A DNA stretch of 64,000 bases from an uncultured Candidatus Binatia bacterium (GCA_965200965.1 OZ241744.1:3008001-3072000), one strand, 5' to 3'; numbered from the stretch's first letter, positions 44,932 to 55,221 are shown. Made by a program: numbers and translations. The notes: generated by a model from the letters alone, not told the origin.

Positions 44932-47769
44932 GTGAAGACCCTGCGCCTGCCGCCGTCCGCCCCTTCCGCCCACCCCTTTCCGCCGGACATGACCTGGGAG
45001 CAGCGTGCCCTGTCCTCCCTGGCCGGCCTGACCACGACCCATCCTGTCTCGGTCCTGGCCGTGTGTCTGGCCCTGGTTGGCGTAGCGCTCGGCTATACCG
45101 CCTTGTGTCTGGAGTTCGTCACCGGCCGCAACGATCTCATCAACAGCGACAAGCCGTATATCAAGCTGGAGAAGCAATACACCGAGGAGTTTGGCAGCGT
45201 TGACCAGTTCTTTGTTGTGGTTGAGCCGCAGGATATCGAGCAGGGCAAAGCCTTTGTGGTCCGGCTCGCCGACCTCCTGGCCCGGGAGACCCGCCATGTC
45301 AAGGAGGTCTTCTATCAGATCGACACCAGCTCGCTCGACGGTAAAAAGCTCCTCTATCTGTCTACTGAGGGCCTGCAACGCCTGCTTGACGACCTCGCCG
45401 GATCCCGGGAACTGATCCACGACCTCACCGCCGCCCCCGGCCTCAACACCCTCTTTGAGGCCCTGAACCACCAGATCGCTCAAGCCACCGTCTCATACTT
45501 GGTCGGCGGTCTGTTGGACCTCGGCCACACAGCCGAGCAGGAAACCGGCGGCGAAACACCAACGCCGCAGATCGGTTTTCTCAACTCCCTGCTGTACGAG
45601 ATGGACCAGACCCTCAGCAACCCGGCCCATCGCTATCAGTCACCCTGGGAAGAGTTCTTTGGCGATACCCAAGCGCTGTCGGATGAGGGCTTCCTGGTGT
45701 CCGGCAACCGCCGCTTTCTCTTCATGCTGCTTGACCCCGCCGAGCCGGAAGAGGCCGGACTGACCGAGTTGCAAGACGCCATCACCACAATTCGGCGCAT
45801 TATTCACGACCTGCGCCCGGACTTCCCCGGACTTGACGCCGGTCTGACCGGCATAGAGGTCCTTGATACCGATGAGATGACCAGCGCCCAGCGTGACGCC
45901 CCGTCCGCAACGCTGGCCACCACCCTCGGCATTGGCCTGCTGTACCTGCTCTTTTTTCAGCGCCTCCGCCACCCCGTGCTCATTCTCTCCTCCCTGCTCG
46001 TCGGCCTGTCCTGGACGATGGGCTTTGTCACCCTCGCGGTCGGCCACCTGACCATTCTCAGCGTCTTTGTCGCTCCCCTGCTGCTGGGTCTGGCCGACGA
46101 TTTCGGCGTCCACTTCATGACCCGCTACGAGGAAGAACGCGGCACCGGCAGCGACCCGATTGCGGCCCTCCAGCAGGTCTCTATTCATACCGGGCCGAGC
46201 ATTATCGCCGGGGCGTGTACAACGGCCCTGGCCTTTGCCGCCATTATGCTGGCCGACTTCCGGGGTATGCAGGAACTCGGCCTGATGTCCAGCGTCGGTA
46301 TGCTGCTGTCCCTGCTGGCCATGTTCAGCTTTTTGCCGGCCCTCGTCGTGGTGGTTGAGCGCATCCGGCCCTGGCAGGCCCGTACCAGCCGCCGGCGTTT
46401 CCTGAGTGCCAGCTTTGCCGCCCTGGGGCGGCTGGTCGAGCACAGACGGCGGCCGGTTCTGGTGGTGGCCGGTCTGCTGACGCTGGGGGCGCTGGCTGCG
46501 CTGCCGACCGTTCGGTTTGACTATGACCTGCTCAATCTTCAAGCCCACGGCACGCCCTCGGTTGAGTGGGAGAGACGCATCATCGCCCATTCCGAACGCG
46601 CGTCCTGGAATGCCCTGGCCACCGCTTCAAGCCCCGAGGCCGCCATGCGGAAAGCCGCGGCCTTTGAAGCCCTGCCGGTCGTCGAAACGGTCGAAAGCGT
46701 GGCCTCGTTCATCCCCGCCGGACAGGACCGGTGCCTGCCGCTGGTGTCCGCCCTCCAACCCCTGCTGGCCGACCTGCCCCCGACCCTCGCTCCCGCTCCG
46801 CCGGTTGTAGTCTCCGCCCTGCAACGCTCTCTTGACCAGATCCGCTTCAAGGTCCGCGAGAGCAACGAGGACTGGGACCCTGAAAACCGGCCCACCGAGA
46901 GCGAGCTGAGCACCGCCCGCGACCGGCTCAAAACCATTGTCGCCCGTTTGCAAAACCTGCACGAGGCCGAAGCCCGGGCCGCGCTCAGCCAGTTTCAGGC
47001 CGATCTGTTTGCCGACTTTGCCGAGGTCTGGAGCCTGCTGCGGAACAACATTCATCCCGCCGGTCCGATTACCATGACCGACATTCCGCCCCAACTCAAA
47101 AAACGCTTCGTAAGCCGTGACGAGGACAGGTTCCTGCTTCAGATCTATCCCAAACACAATATCCGTGAACAGCAGGCGCTCGAAGCCTTTATCCGCCAGC
47201 TGCGCCAAGTAGACCCCAATGTCACCGGCTCGCCGGTCATTGGCTATGAGTCAATTCACGCCATGCAGCAGGGCTATCTCGAAGCCGCGCTATACGCCCT
47301 GCTGGCGATTGTGATCGTCACCTTTGGGACCCTGCGGCGCGTCGCTGATACCCTGCTCGCCCTCCTGCCGCTCGGTCTGGGGATGATCTGGACGGCCGGC
47401 CTGATGTGGCTGTGCAAGCTCCAGTTCAACGTGGCCAACCTTGTTGCCGCCCCACTCATTATTGGCATCGGTATCGAAAACGGCATTCACCTTGTCCACC
47501 GTTTTCGAGAGGACCCGCACACGACACCGGCCAGCCTGGTCGCCGGCAGCACCGGACAAGCCGTCGCCCTGTTTTCGCTGACAACTATGGTCGGCTTTGG
47601 CAGCCTGATGATCGCCAAATACTATGGCGTTTTCAGTATGGGCTTGCTACTCTCGCTGGCAGTCGGTAGCGTCCTGCTTGCCTCCCTCGTCGTGCTTCCG
47701 ATGCTGTTGTCTCGCCCGGCAGGCCACACGGCGCAGCATGACAGCGACCACGTCCAGGCCGCCGGCTGA
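44932..47769 (+). CDS. hpnN: Hopanoid-associated MMPL/RND transporter HpnN
   Basis: 945 aa; 'GLADDFGVHF', 'VTGSPV', 'GIGIENGIHLV', 'TTMVGFGSL'; hopanoid gene context. Confidence 0.8.
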   Translation: MKTLRLPPSAPSAHPFPPDMTWEQRALSSLAGLTTTHPVSVLAVCLALVGVALGYTALCLEFVTGRNDLINSDKPYIKLEKQYTEEFGSVDQFFVVVEPQDIEQGKAFVVRLADLLARETRHVKEVFYQIDTSSLDGKKLLYLSTEGLQRLLDDLAGSRELIHDLTAAPGLNTLFEALNHQIAQATVSYLVGGLLDLGHTAEQETGGETPTPQIGFLNSLLYEMDQTLSNPAHRYQSPWEEFFGDTQALSDEGFLVSGNRRFLFMLLDPAEPEEAGLTELQDAITTIRRIIHDLRPDFPGLDAGLTGIEVLDTDEMTSAQRDAPSATLATTLGIGLLYLLFFQRLRHPVLILSSLLVGLSWTMGFVTLAVGHLTILSVFVAPLLLGLADDFGVHFMTRYEEERGTGSDPIAALQQVSIHTGPSIIAGACTTALAFAAIMLADFRGMQELGLMSSVGMLLSLLAMFSFLPALVVVVERIRPWQARTSRRRFLSASFAALGRLVEHRRRPVLVVAGLLTLGALAALPTVRFDYDLLNLQAHGTPSVEWERRIIAHSERASWNALATASSPEAAMRKAAAFEALPVVETVESVASFIPAGQDRCLPLVSALQPLLADLPPTLAPAPPVVVSALQRSLDQIRFKVRESNEDWDPENRPTESELSTARDRLKTIVARLQNLHEAEARAALSQFQADLFADFAEVWSLLRNNIHPAGPITMTDIPPQLKKRFVSRDEDRFLLQIYPKHNIREQQALEAFIRQLRQVDPNVTGSPVIGYESIHAMQQGYLEAALYALLAIVIVTFGTLRRVADTLLALLPLGLGMIWTAGLMWLCKLQFNVANLVAAPLIIGIGIENGIHLVHRFREDPHTTPASLVAGSTGQAVALFSLTTMVGFGSLMIAKYYGVFSMGLLLSLAVGSVLLASLVVLPMLLSRPAGHTAQHDSDHVQAAG

Positions 47770-47780
47770 GAGCGACCGCC

Positions 47781-48266
47781 ATGATTACCGGAGCCGACTT
47801 TCTCAAAACGCTGCAAGCCGAAGGCTTCGATTTTTTTACCGGAGTGCCCTGTTCGCTGCTCAAGAGCCTGATCGCCTGCCTTGAAGAGGAGGGCAGGTAT
47901 ATCCCGGAGACCCGCGAAGACGCCGCGGTCGGGCTAGCGGCTGGTGCCTATATGGCCGGCAAACAGCCCGTCGTGATGATGCAGAATTCGGCCCTGGGAG
48001 TGTGCCTCAACGCCCTCGCCTCGCTGAGCCTGATCTACGAACTGCCGTGTCTGCTGATCGTTACTTGGCGCGGCTATCAGGGACAAGACGCGCCCGAACA
48101 TCTCATCATGGGTAACATCTCTCCCCGCCTCTTCGAGACCGTGCGCATTCCGTACCGGGTCCTGGGTGCCGAGACCGCCACCCAGGACGCTGGATGGGCC
48201 GCCCAGGCCCTCCACCACAGCAAAAAACCGGTGGCTCTGCTGCTCCCTCCGGGGGTGCTGGCGTGA
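47781..48266 (+). CDS. Phosphonopyruvate/sulfopyruvate decarboxylase alpha subunit (TPP, ComD-like)
   Basis: 'FFTGVPCSLLK', 'REDAAVGLAAG', 'MQNSALG', 'WRG...DAPEH'. Confidence 0.85.
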   Translation: MITGADFLKTLQAEGFDFFTGVPCSLLKSLIACLEEEGRYIPETREDAAVGLAAGAYMAGKQPVVMMQNSALGVCLNALASLSLIYELPCLLIVTWRGYQGQDAPEHLIMGNISPRLFETVRIPYRVLGAETATQDAGWAAQALHHSKKPVALLLPPGVLA

Positions 48267-48826
48267 AACTGGCAGACGCCCTAGGCGTAGTGATTCCCCT
48301 CCTGGGCGACGAGCTAGTCGTACACGCCAACGGTTTTATTGCGCGCCAATCCTTCACTCTCAGCGACCGGCCGGGCAACTTCTACATGATCGGCTCAATG
48401 GGACTCGCCTCATCTATCGGCCTGGGCCTTGCCCTCAACCGTCCCGACCGCCGGGTAGTGGTCTTTGACGGCGACGGCAATGTGCTCATGAATATGGGCT
48501 CTCTGGCGCTCATTGGCGCTACCCAGCCGTCCAACTTTGTCCATATCGTTTTCGACAACGAAGCCTACGGCTCAACCGGCAATCAACGCACCATCTCGGC
48601 TCATGTCGCCCTCGAAGACATCGCCCGCTCCAGCGGCTACCCGCGCGTTGGCAGGGTTGAAACCCCAGCCGCTCTCAAAGCCGCGGCAGGCGCATTACTT
48701 GCTCAGGTCGGCCCCTCGTTTCTGCTGATCAAAATTGAACCCGACTGGCAAGAACGCCGGGTCGGCCGCATCACCCACGAACCGCCCCGGATTGCCCAGC
48801 GGTTCATGGATGCGATGAGAAAATGA
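48263..48826 (+). CDS. Phosphonopyruvate/sulfopyruvate decarboxylase beta subunit (ComE-like)
   Basis: GTGA overlap; 'NFYMIGSMG', TPP motif 'DGDGNVLMN...DNEAYGSTGNQ'. Confidence 0.85.
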   Translation: MKLADALGVVIPLLGDELVVHANGFIARQSFTLSDRPGNFYMIGSMGLASSIGLGLALNRPDRRVVVFDGDGNVLMNMGSLALIGATQPSNFVHIVFDNEAYGSTGNQRTISAHVALEDIARSSGYPRVGRVETPAALKAAAGALLAQVGPSFLLIKIEPDWQERRVGRITHEPPRIAQRFMDAMRK

Positions 48827-48858
48827 CGACGCTGTAACCCCTGCCTGCCGAGTTCCCC

Positions 48859-49932
48859 ATGCAAGCCATCCTCCTCAACCCCGGTCCGGTCAACGTCTCC
48901 CCGCGCGTCCAGCAAGCCTTATTGCGTGGAGACCTGTGCCACCGCGAAGCCGAGTTCTCAGACCTGCTGCGAGCTATCCGCTCAAAGCTCCTGCGGGCCT
49001 TTGCCCCCCAGGACTATACCGCGGTCGTCATCAGCGGCTCAGGCACCTCCGCGGTAGAGGCTATGGTGTCCTCAGCCCTGCCCCCGGGGAAAAAACTCCT
49101 GGTCATCAACAACGGGGTCTACGGCGAGCGTATGCTGCGCATGGCCACCGCCCACCGAATACCGAGTGTTGAGTTGCGCTATGCCTGGACCGAGCCGCCC
49201 GACATCGCTCAGATCGAAGCCAAGCTTCAGGCCGACCCGGCTATCGGCGGCGTCGCCCTCGTCCACCATGAGACCACCACCGGGCTGTTGAACCCGGTCT
49301 CCGAGGTCGGGGCCCTGACCAGGCGGCTGGGGCGTGTGTTCCTGCTTGATGCAGTCAGCGCCTTGGCCGGCGAAGACCTTGCCCTTGCCCGCGACCAGGT
49401 CGATCTATGTGCTTGCACGGCCAACAAATGCGTCCAGGGCTTGCCCGGCGTGGCCTTTGTGTTGGTACGAACGAGCCTGATGGAAGCGATGCAACACCAC
49501 CAACCCAACTCGCTCTCTCTTCACCTGCCCGTCCACTGGGCAGCCCAGGAACGCAACAGCGTCCCCTTTACCCCATCTGTGCAAACCTGGTACGCCCTTG
49601 ACGCCGCCCTTGATGAGCTGCTGGAAGAAACCGTGGCGGCACGCATCGCTCGCTATCGCGCCGCCTCGCAGCTGCTGCGGACCGGCTTCGGTCGGCTGGG
49701 GCTGCGGTTTCTTTTGCCGCCCGAACGGCGGGTCAACTCGCTCACCGCGCTGGTCTTGCCCCACACCCTGAGCTACCACGAACTGCATAACCAGCTTAAA
49801 CACCGCGGCTTTGTCATCTATGAAGGCCAGGGTCAACTCCAGACCGCTATCTTCCGGGTCGCCAACATGGGGCATCTGAGCCTTGATGACTTCCGCCGTT
49901 TCCTCCGCAGCCTTGAAGACGCGCTGCGCTAG
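48859..49932 (+). CDS. 2-aminoethylphosphonate transaminase-like (class V PLP; PhnW/AepZ family)
   Basis: 'LLNPGP', 'SGSGT', 'VHHETTTGLLNP', 'DAVSA', PLP Lys in 'TANKCVQGLPG', 'PFTP'. Confidence 0.8.
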   Translation: MQAILLNPGPVNVSPRVQQALLRGDLCHREAEFSDLLRAIRSKLLRAFAPQDYTAVVISGSGTSAVEAMVSSALPPGKKLLVINNGVYGERMLRMATAHRIPSVELRYAWTEPPDIAQIEAKLQADPAIGGVALVHHETTTGLLNPVSEVGALTRRLGRVFLLDAVSALAGEDLALARDQVDLCACTANKCVQGLPGVAFVLVRTSLMEAMQHHQPNSLSLHLPVHWAAQERNSVPFTPSVQTWYALDAALDELLEETVAARIARYRAASQLLRTGFGRLGLRFLLPPERRVNSLTALVLPHTLSYHELHNQLKHRGFVIYEGQGQLQTAIFRVANMGHLSLDDFRRFLRSLEDALR

Positions 49933-49947
49933 CTCAGCTTCCACACC

Positions 49948-50685
49948 ATGAAAGCCATTATTCTTGCCGCCGGCATAGGCAAACGCTTCCAAGCCGTCAC
50001 CGACCAGCTCCCCAAGTGCCTGATTGAACTCCACGGGCGGACGCTCCTGGAGCGAACCCTGTCCGCCCTTGGTGCGGCTGGGGTCAGCCGGGCGGTGGTC
50101 GTCGTTGGCTATCGGGCCGAGATGGTTGAGCAGAAAATCGGGGCCAGGTGTGGCAAGGTCCAGGTCTCCTACATCACCAATCCCCGCTATGACCAAGGGG
50201 CGATCGTGTCGCTGTGGAGCGCCCGCCAGGAGTTTGACGACGATCTCCTCATCATGGATGCCGATGTCCTGTTCCCGACCGCCCTGCTCAGCCGGCTCAT
50301 CACCTCCCCCCATCCGAACTGCTTTCTGCTCGACGCCGGTACGGCCAATACCGGAGAAGAACAAATGCTGCTGACCCGGGGCGGCCGGGTAGTGACGATC
50401 GTGCGGGGTGGGTCCGGGGAGTATGATCTGATTGGCGAGTCCATAGGCTTCCTCAAAGTTTCGCGTGACGATGCGGCCCTCCTGCACGCCATTCTTGACG
50501 AGCAGATTGCCCAAGGCCGGGACACCATCGAACACGAAGAAGCCTACCCGCTTTTCCTGGCCCAGCGCGTTGTCGGCTTTGAACGGGTCGAAGACCTGCC
50601 GTGGATAGAAATAGACTTTCCCCATGACTTAGAGCAGGCCGAGCGGGAAGTCCTGCCGCGCATTCTTGCCCTCGATCGGGCCTAG
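49948..50685 (+). CDS. Phosphocholine/phosphonate cytidylyltransferase (LicC/PntC-like)
   Basis: 'ILAAGIGKR...PKCL', 'MDADV', 'GESIG', 'WIEIDFPHDL'. Confidence 0.85.
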   Translation: MKAIILAAGIGKRFQAVTDQLPKCLIELHGRTLLERTLSALGAAGVSRAVVVVGYRAEMVEQKIGARCGKVQVSYITNPRYDQGAIVSLWSARQEFDDDLLIMDADVLFPTALLSRLITSPHPNCFLLDAGTANTGEEQMLLTRGGRVVTIVRGGSGEYDLIGESIGFLKVSRDDAALLHAILDEQIAQGRDTIEHEEAYPLFLAQRVVGFERVEDLPWIEIDFPHDLEQAEREVLPRILALDRA

Positions 50686-50691
50686 ACGCCC

Positions 50692-52443
50692 ATGCTCCCC
50701 TCCTTCCTCAGCCCCCTGACCCGCCTGTCGCCGGTAGCGTTGGCTGGCCTGTTTACGCTGCTGGCCGGCCTCGCCTTCCTGTGGAAGCTGGGCGACGGGC
50801 CGATCTACCGGACGATGGAAGGGCGGGAAGCCCTGGTGATGCAGGAGATGCTGCGCAGCGGCAACTGGGTGCTGCCGCTGCGCAATGGCGAGACAATTCC
50901 TTCCAAACCGCCCCTGTTACACTGGCTCGGTGCCGGCGTCGCCCGGCTGAGCGGGGGAATGTCGGAATGGGCAGCCCGCTTTCCGTCTGCCCTGTTCTCT
51001 GCCCTGAGCGTCGGCCTGACCTGTTTGCTCGGCTGTCGGCTGGCCAACCGTGAGGTCGGCATCCTGGCCCCTCTGCTGTTGCTCACCACGCCCCTGTTTG
51101 TCGAAATGGCGCGGGAAGCCTGGGTCGATTCGGCCCTGGCCTTTTTTGTCCTGGCCAGCCTGAGCAGTTTCGCCGGTATGTACGAAGCCGGCGAATGGCG
51201 GGGCTGGCGGAGTCTGGCCTTTGCCCTGTCCCTGGCCGGCGCAAGCCTCAGTAAAGGCCCGATCGGCCTCATTCTGCCCAGCCTGGTGATTACGCTCTAC
51301 CTCACAGCCCAGGGACAACTGTCACGCCTCCGGTACCTGTTGCGCCCGACCAATGTCGTGCTGGCCCTTGGCCTTCCCCTGACCTGGTATATCCTGGCGT
51401 TCAACCAGGAGGGCTGGGCATTTTTTCACAAGCAACTGCTCCAGGAAAACATCGTGCGCTTCACCTCCGGTTCGGGCAAACAGATTCCCTCCTCAGCCTT
51501 TTTTGTCGTGCCGTTTATCGTGGGCGGCCTGCCCTGGAGCCTGCTGTTCGGCTTTGGCCTGTGGCACTTTGCCCGCCAGGCTCCTATCCGCGAGAAGGGG
51601 GTACTGGCCCTGATGTGGTGGCTGGCGACCGTCGCCTTTTTTTCGGTCGCCGCCGGCAAGCGCGAGGTGTATCTCCTGCCCCTGTACCCGGCGGTTGCCC
51701 TGTTTGCCGCGCAGTGGGGCTGGGTACATGTCCCCCGCCAGACACGACCGCTCTCCCCCTGGCTGGCAACAGGTCTTGCCCTGGTCGCTCTCGGCCTCAG
51801 CCTGGCAAGCCTGCTGGCCGCGGCCACTATTGTGCTCGGCTGGCTTACCGTGGACTCGGCCGCGGTAGAGCTGGTGTTTGGCGACGACAAATGGAAAAGC
51901 GCGGCCCGCTTCATCCGCTTTGTGGCTGAGCAACCGGCGTATGCCACGATGTTGCTGGCTCTTGTGAGCAGCTGCGGGCTGGGGGCAGTCTGGACGGCGA
52001 CACAGGGCCGCTGGCAGACCAGCCTGTGGCTAGTGCTGTGTGTCCTGTTGCTGACGACCGCCGGCCTGTCGCCTTTTACCCGGGCCTATGCCAAACAGTT
52101 CAAAGCCCTGACCGGATTTGCCGCCCACATCAGCCAGGCAGTCGGCCCTGACCAGCGCGTGTTCTTCTACACCCCCCGGCCCTATTCTTCAGAGTTTGAT
52201 GAGTTCTCCCAGGTCTATTTTTACCTCAACCGCCCGGTCCCCCTGGCCGCGTGCGCCGAGCAGCCCGACTTTTCCCGCTGCCAGCCGGGCTACTACATCC
52301 TGCGGGAACGGCACTGGCACCCCCGGCAACACACGCCTGGTACCCATCTGGTGGTGGACAGCCGCAACGTCTCAGGGCCGGATGCGCACCTGCGCCTGGT
52401 CCTGGTCCGCCGGGATGAAAGCACCCCTGGCAGCAGCTTATAG
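50692..52443 (+). CDS. ArnT/GT83-like (PMT_2) integral membrane glycosyltransferase
   Basis: 'EGREALVMQEM...W..P..NGE..SKPPL', 'ARFPSA', 'KGP', 'KREVYLLPLYPA'. Confidence 0.85.
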   Translation: MLPSFLSPLTRLSPVALAGLFTLLAGLAFLWKLGDGPIYRTMEGREALVMQEMLRSGNWVLPLRNGETIPSKPPLLHWLGAGVARLSGGMSEWAARFPSALFSALSVGLTCLLGCRLANREVGILAPLLLLTTPLFVEMAREAWVDSALAFFVLASLSSFAGMYEAGEWRGWRSLAFALSLAGASLSKGPIGLILPSLVITLYLTAQGQLSRLRYLLRPTNVVLALGLPLTWYILAFNQEGWAFFHKQLLQENIVRFTSGSGKQIPSSAFFVVPFIVGGLPWSLLFGFGLWHFARQAPIREKGVLALMWWLATVAFFSVAAGKREVYLLPLYPAVALFAAQWGWVHVPRQTRPLSPWLATGLALVALGLSLASLLAAATIVLGWLTVDSAAVELVFGDDKWKSAARFIRFVAEQPAYATMLLALVSSCGLGAVWTATQGRWQTSLWLVLCVLLLTTAGLSPFTRAYAKQFKALTGFAAHISQAVGPDQRVFFYTPRPYSSEFDEFSQVYFYLNRPVPLAACAEQPDFSRCQPGYYILRERHWHPRQHTPGTHLVVDSRNVSGPDAHLRLVLVRRDESTPGSSL

Positions 52444-52516
52444 TTCAAACTACAGTCCCCACCCCACGCCAGGGCTTGGCTTGCATCCTGCCCCAGCTCC
52501 AGATACACAGAGCCAG

Positions 52517-53275
52517 ATGGCTGCCGACGCTCCGTCTCCTCCCCCCCCCCCGCTTGGTGAACGTCCGGCCGGTCTGGTCCAGACCGGCCTCGCCGCCTGG
52601 CTGCGCCGCTACCGACGTCTTGTCCCTATCCCGCTGTGTGTCCTGGTTCTGATATTCCTTCCTCCCCTCTCCCCGCTGGCCAGCCCAGGGCTTGACTTTG
52701 CTAGCGATATCCTTGGCACAGCGGTGTGTCTGCTCGGCCAGTGGCTGCGGGTCTGGGCCTGGGGCAGCAACGCCGTGGTCGGCAAGGCCGGCGTGCGTGA
52801 GCGCGGCCCCTACGCCCTGATGCGCCACCCCCTGTACGCCGGCAACTTTCTCATCGTGCTGGGCCTCGTCCTGGTCTATCATAACCCCTGGGTCTATCCG
52901 CTCTTCCTGCTGCCCTTTGCCTATCTGTACGACGCCATCACCAGGATGGAAGAGCAACGCCTGCACTGGCGTTTTCCCCACGACTACGAAGGCTATCGGC
53001 AAGTCGCCGTACCCCGCTTTCTCCCGGTCCTGTCACATCTGGGCCGGGCGTTTGACACCACGCGCCCGTTTGGCTGGCGGCTGGCTTGGCGCAAAGAGTA
53101 TGAGTCGCTCTGCGGTTGGCTGGCCGGCATTGTCGGCATTCAACTCTACGAGCGGGTTGAGGTGCTTGGCTGGACGGTCGCTTGGCCGGCCAGCCGCCTG
53201 TGGCTCGGCCTGCTGGCGTTGATCACCGTGGCCAATATGGCTCTCAAAGCGCGCAGACGCCTCTCACAGCGGTGA
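52517..53275 (+). CDS. Isoprenylcysteine carboxyl/phospholipid methyltransferase family membrane protein
   Basis: 'GPYALMRHPLYAG...EE..L...F..DY..Y...VPRFLP'; ATG 52517 preferred. Confidence 0.8.
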   Translation: MAADAPSPPPPPLGERPAGLVQTGLAAWLRRYRRLVPIPLCVLVLIFLPPLSPLASPGLDFASDILGTAVCLLGQWLRVWAWGSNAVVGKAGVRERGPYALMRHPLYAGNFLIVLGLVLVYHNPWVYPLFLLPFAYLYDAITRMEEQRLHWRFPHDYEGYRQVAVPRFLPVLSHLGRAFDTTRPFGWRLAWRKEYESLCGWLAGIVGIQLYERVEVLGWTVAWPASRLWLGLLALITVANMALKARRRLSQR

Positions 53276-53279
53276 GCCG

Positions 53280-54155
53280 ATGGCCGCGCTCGGGCGCAAA
53301 CGCCTCATTGTCAACGGCGACGATTTTGGGATGTCCGAGCGGGTCAATGCGGCCATCCTGTACGCCCATCAGCACGGGATTCTGACCAATACCAGCCTGA
53401 TGGTCACTGCCAAGGCGTGGCGCGGGGCGATCGAGCTAGCGCGGGCCACGCCGAGCCTCGGGGTCGGGCTGCACCTGACCCTGGTCCAAGGTCGGTCGGT
53501 CCTGTCACACCCCCATGTCTCACGGCTGACCGACCGCAACAGAAACTTTCTCAATGATCCGACCCGTGCCGGGCTACGCTACTTCTTCTCGCCCCGTGCC
53601 CGCTCTCAGGTCCGGGACGAATGCCGGGCCCAGATCGAGCGCTTTCTGGCCACCGGCTTGCCGCTGGCTCATATTGACGGGCATCTCCATATGCACATGC
53701 ATCCCGTCGTTCTGGACAGCCTGCTGGAGCTGGCCAGGGAATATGGCGTCCGGGCGGTGCGGCTGACCCGGGAATCGCTGGCGCGGAGCTTGGCGCTCGA
53801 TCCGCGCGCCGCACCTCGCAAACGCCGGCAGTCTTTCATCTTTCGCCGTCTTGCCCGGCATGCCGAAAAGAAGCTGGCCGCGGCCGGCCTTGTCTGGCCG
53901 GATGCGCTGTTCGGCCTGCACCAGACCGGAGCGGTAGATGGGCCTTACCTGCTCGGCATCCTGCCCCATCTGCACGCCGGCGTGACCGAACTGTACTGCC
54001 ACCCCGCCTTTCTGCCCTGTGCCGAGGTCCAGGGCTGGAGCCCGGGCTATCGCCGTGACCTTGAGCTGGCCGCCCTGACCAGCCGGGCCGTTCGGCGCAT
54101 GATTGACGACCAGAATATTGAACTGATCGGCTACCGCGATCTGTACCGGGCCTGA
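53280..54155 (+). CDS. hpnK: Hopanoid biosynthesis-associated deacetylase HpnK (YdjC family)
   Basis: 'NGDDFG', 'GLHL', 'HIDGHLHMH', 'ELYCHP'. Confidence 0.85.
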   Translation: MAALGRKRLIVNGDDFGMSERVNAAILYAHQHGILTNTSLMVTAKAWRGAIELARATPSLGVGLHLTLVQGRSVLSHPHVSRLTDRNRNFLNDPTRAGLRYFFSPRARSQVRDECRAQIERFLATGLPLAHIDGHLHMHMHPVVLDSLLELAREYGVRAVRLTRESLARSLALDPRAAPRKRRQSFIFRRLARHAEKKLAAAGLVWPDALFGLHQTGAVDGPYLLGILPHLHAGVTELYCHPAFLPCAEVQGWSPGYRRDLELAALTSRAVRRMIDDQNIELIGYRDLYRA

Positions 54156-54284
54156 CTGGACATGGGCCTACGGCCAGGGCTGGCTGCGGTCACGCGCTCA
54201 TGCCCAACTGGTAAGGGCTAGAGCGATTTCAGGGGATGCTAGCAGGCGTTAGCGTTGTGAGGGTGTGAGCGGGCTGGAGGGCAA

Positions 54285-54302
54285 GCCCCCCTTCGGGGGG
54301 GC
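54285..54302. other. Stable hairpin with cUUCGg tetraloop in the convergent intergenic gap
   Basis: GCCCCCC-TTCG-GGGGGGC; no U-tract. Confidence 0.5.
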
Positions 54303-54399
54303 ATCACAATGAAAGAGTGGGGTAGTGCGGCATCTGATATGGGATCACTCGTAGCGGGTTCAGAGTTGCTAGGCCGTCCGTGTATGCCACGCCATAAGG

Positions 54400-55086
54400 T
54401 CATTCAGTCCCTACTATGGTAAAGTTCTGAAGGCTTTCATCCCATTCCAGAATTGACGTTATTCCTGGGCGCGGGAAGTCGGGAACCCTCACCCTGCGAG
54501 AGTATTCTTCCCCGAAATGAGCGATACGGAATTCGTTTTGGGCATAGATGGGGTGCTGCCTATTGTAGATGTGCTCGCCAGTTACCACGCCAGATTCACC
54601 CAGCACTATAGTAAGAGGCCCGCTACAGTCTAAGCGGTTTTCCCCTATGCAGTACAGGTTCCAGTTCACAAGGACAGAAAAGCCGAGAGAGCTATTCTCG
54701 GGCGGAAACAGACAACGCTCCCCCGGCAGGGCGTCCGCCCGTGTTTCGTGGGTCGCTAGATAGCCCAACGCCGGGCGGGGCTCTTCCGATATGCTGGCGG
54801 CTGGCCTCCAGCCAACATTAGTAGGACACCAGGATGTTTTCCCGTTCTGGTCTTGAATCCAGCAGTTATGAGCATCCCCGCAGGTCCAGCCCCGGATAAC
54901 CCCAATGCCTGCTTGTGTAGAGCCGAGGGCAGGTGTTTCTATGACGGTTTCCCCGCGATGCTCGGCATACCCGATAGGGGCAAGCACCGGCACTAGAATC
55001 GCCAGGGTGAAGGCGAGGGGTAGATCAATTGCAAGATTGATTTTGCGTATGCTGACGAGGCCAGCCCGCCCGTTCTGGGCTGTCAA
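54400..55086 (-). CDS. Exported protein with the same repeated domain as 33091..34273
   Basis: 'IETPALGSTQAGIGVIRGWTC...VNWNL...FGEEY...PDFPRPG...WDESLQNF'; lower GC; start uncertain. Confidence 0.65.
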   Translation of the reverse strand: MTAQNGRAGLVSIRKINLAIDLPLAFTLAILVPVLAPIGYAEHRGETVIETPALGSTQAGIGVIRGWTCGDAHNCWIQDQNGKTSWCPTNVGWRPAASISEEPRPALGYLATHETRADALPGERCLFPPENSSLGFSVLVNWNLYCIGENRLDCSGPLTIVLGESGVVTGEHIYNRQHPIYAQNEFRIAHFGEEYSRRVRVPDFPRPGITSILEWDESLQNFTIVGTE

Positions 55087-55221
55087 GCCGGCGCTAGCAG
55101 TCTCACAGAGCAGCTCGTCAAGCCGTCACTTGAAAACTTGATTATTGCAAACGTACCTTGATAAGAAAAAAAGAAGAAGTAGAACTTTTCTCTCCCTTCT
55201 TGTCAATGATTTTCGGTCGGC

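Noticed and set aside
52540-52551. Poly-C tract as a phase-variation switch in the methyltransferase gene
   Set aside because: It encodes a Pro-rich N-terminal stretch in frame, the start is uncertain and there is no evidence of length variation
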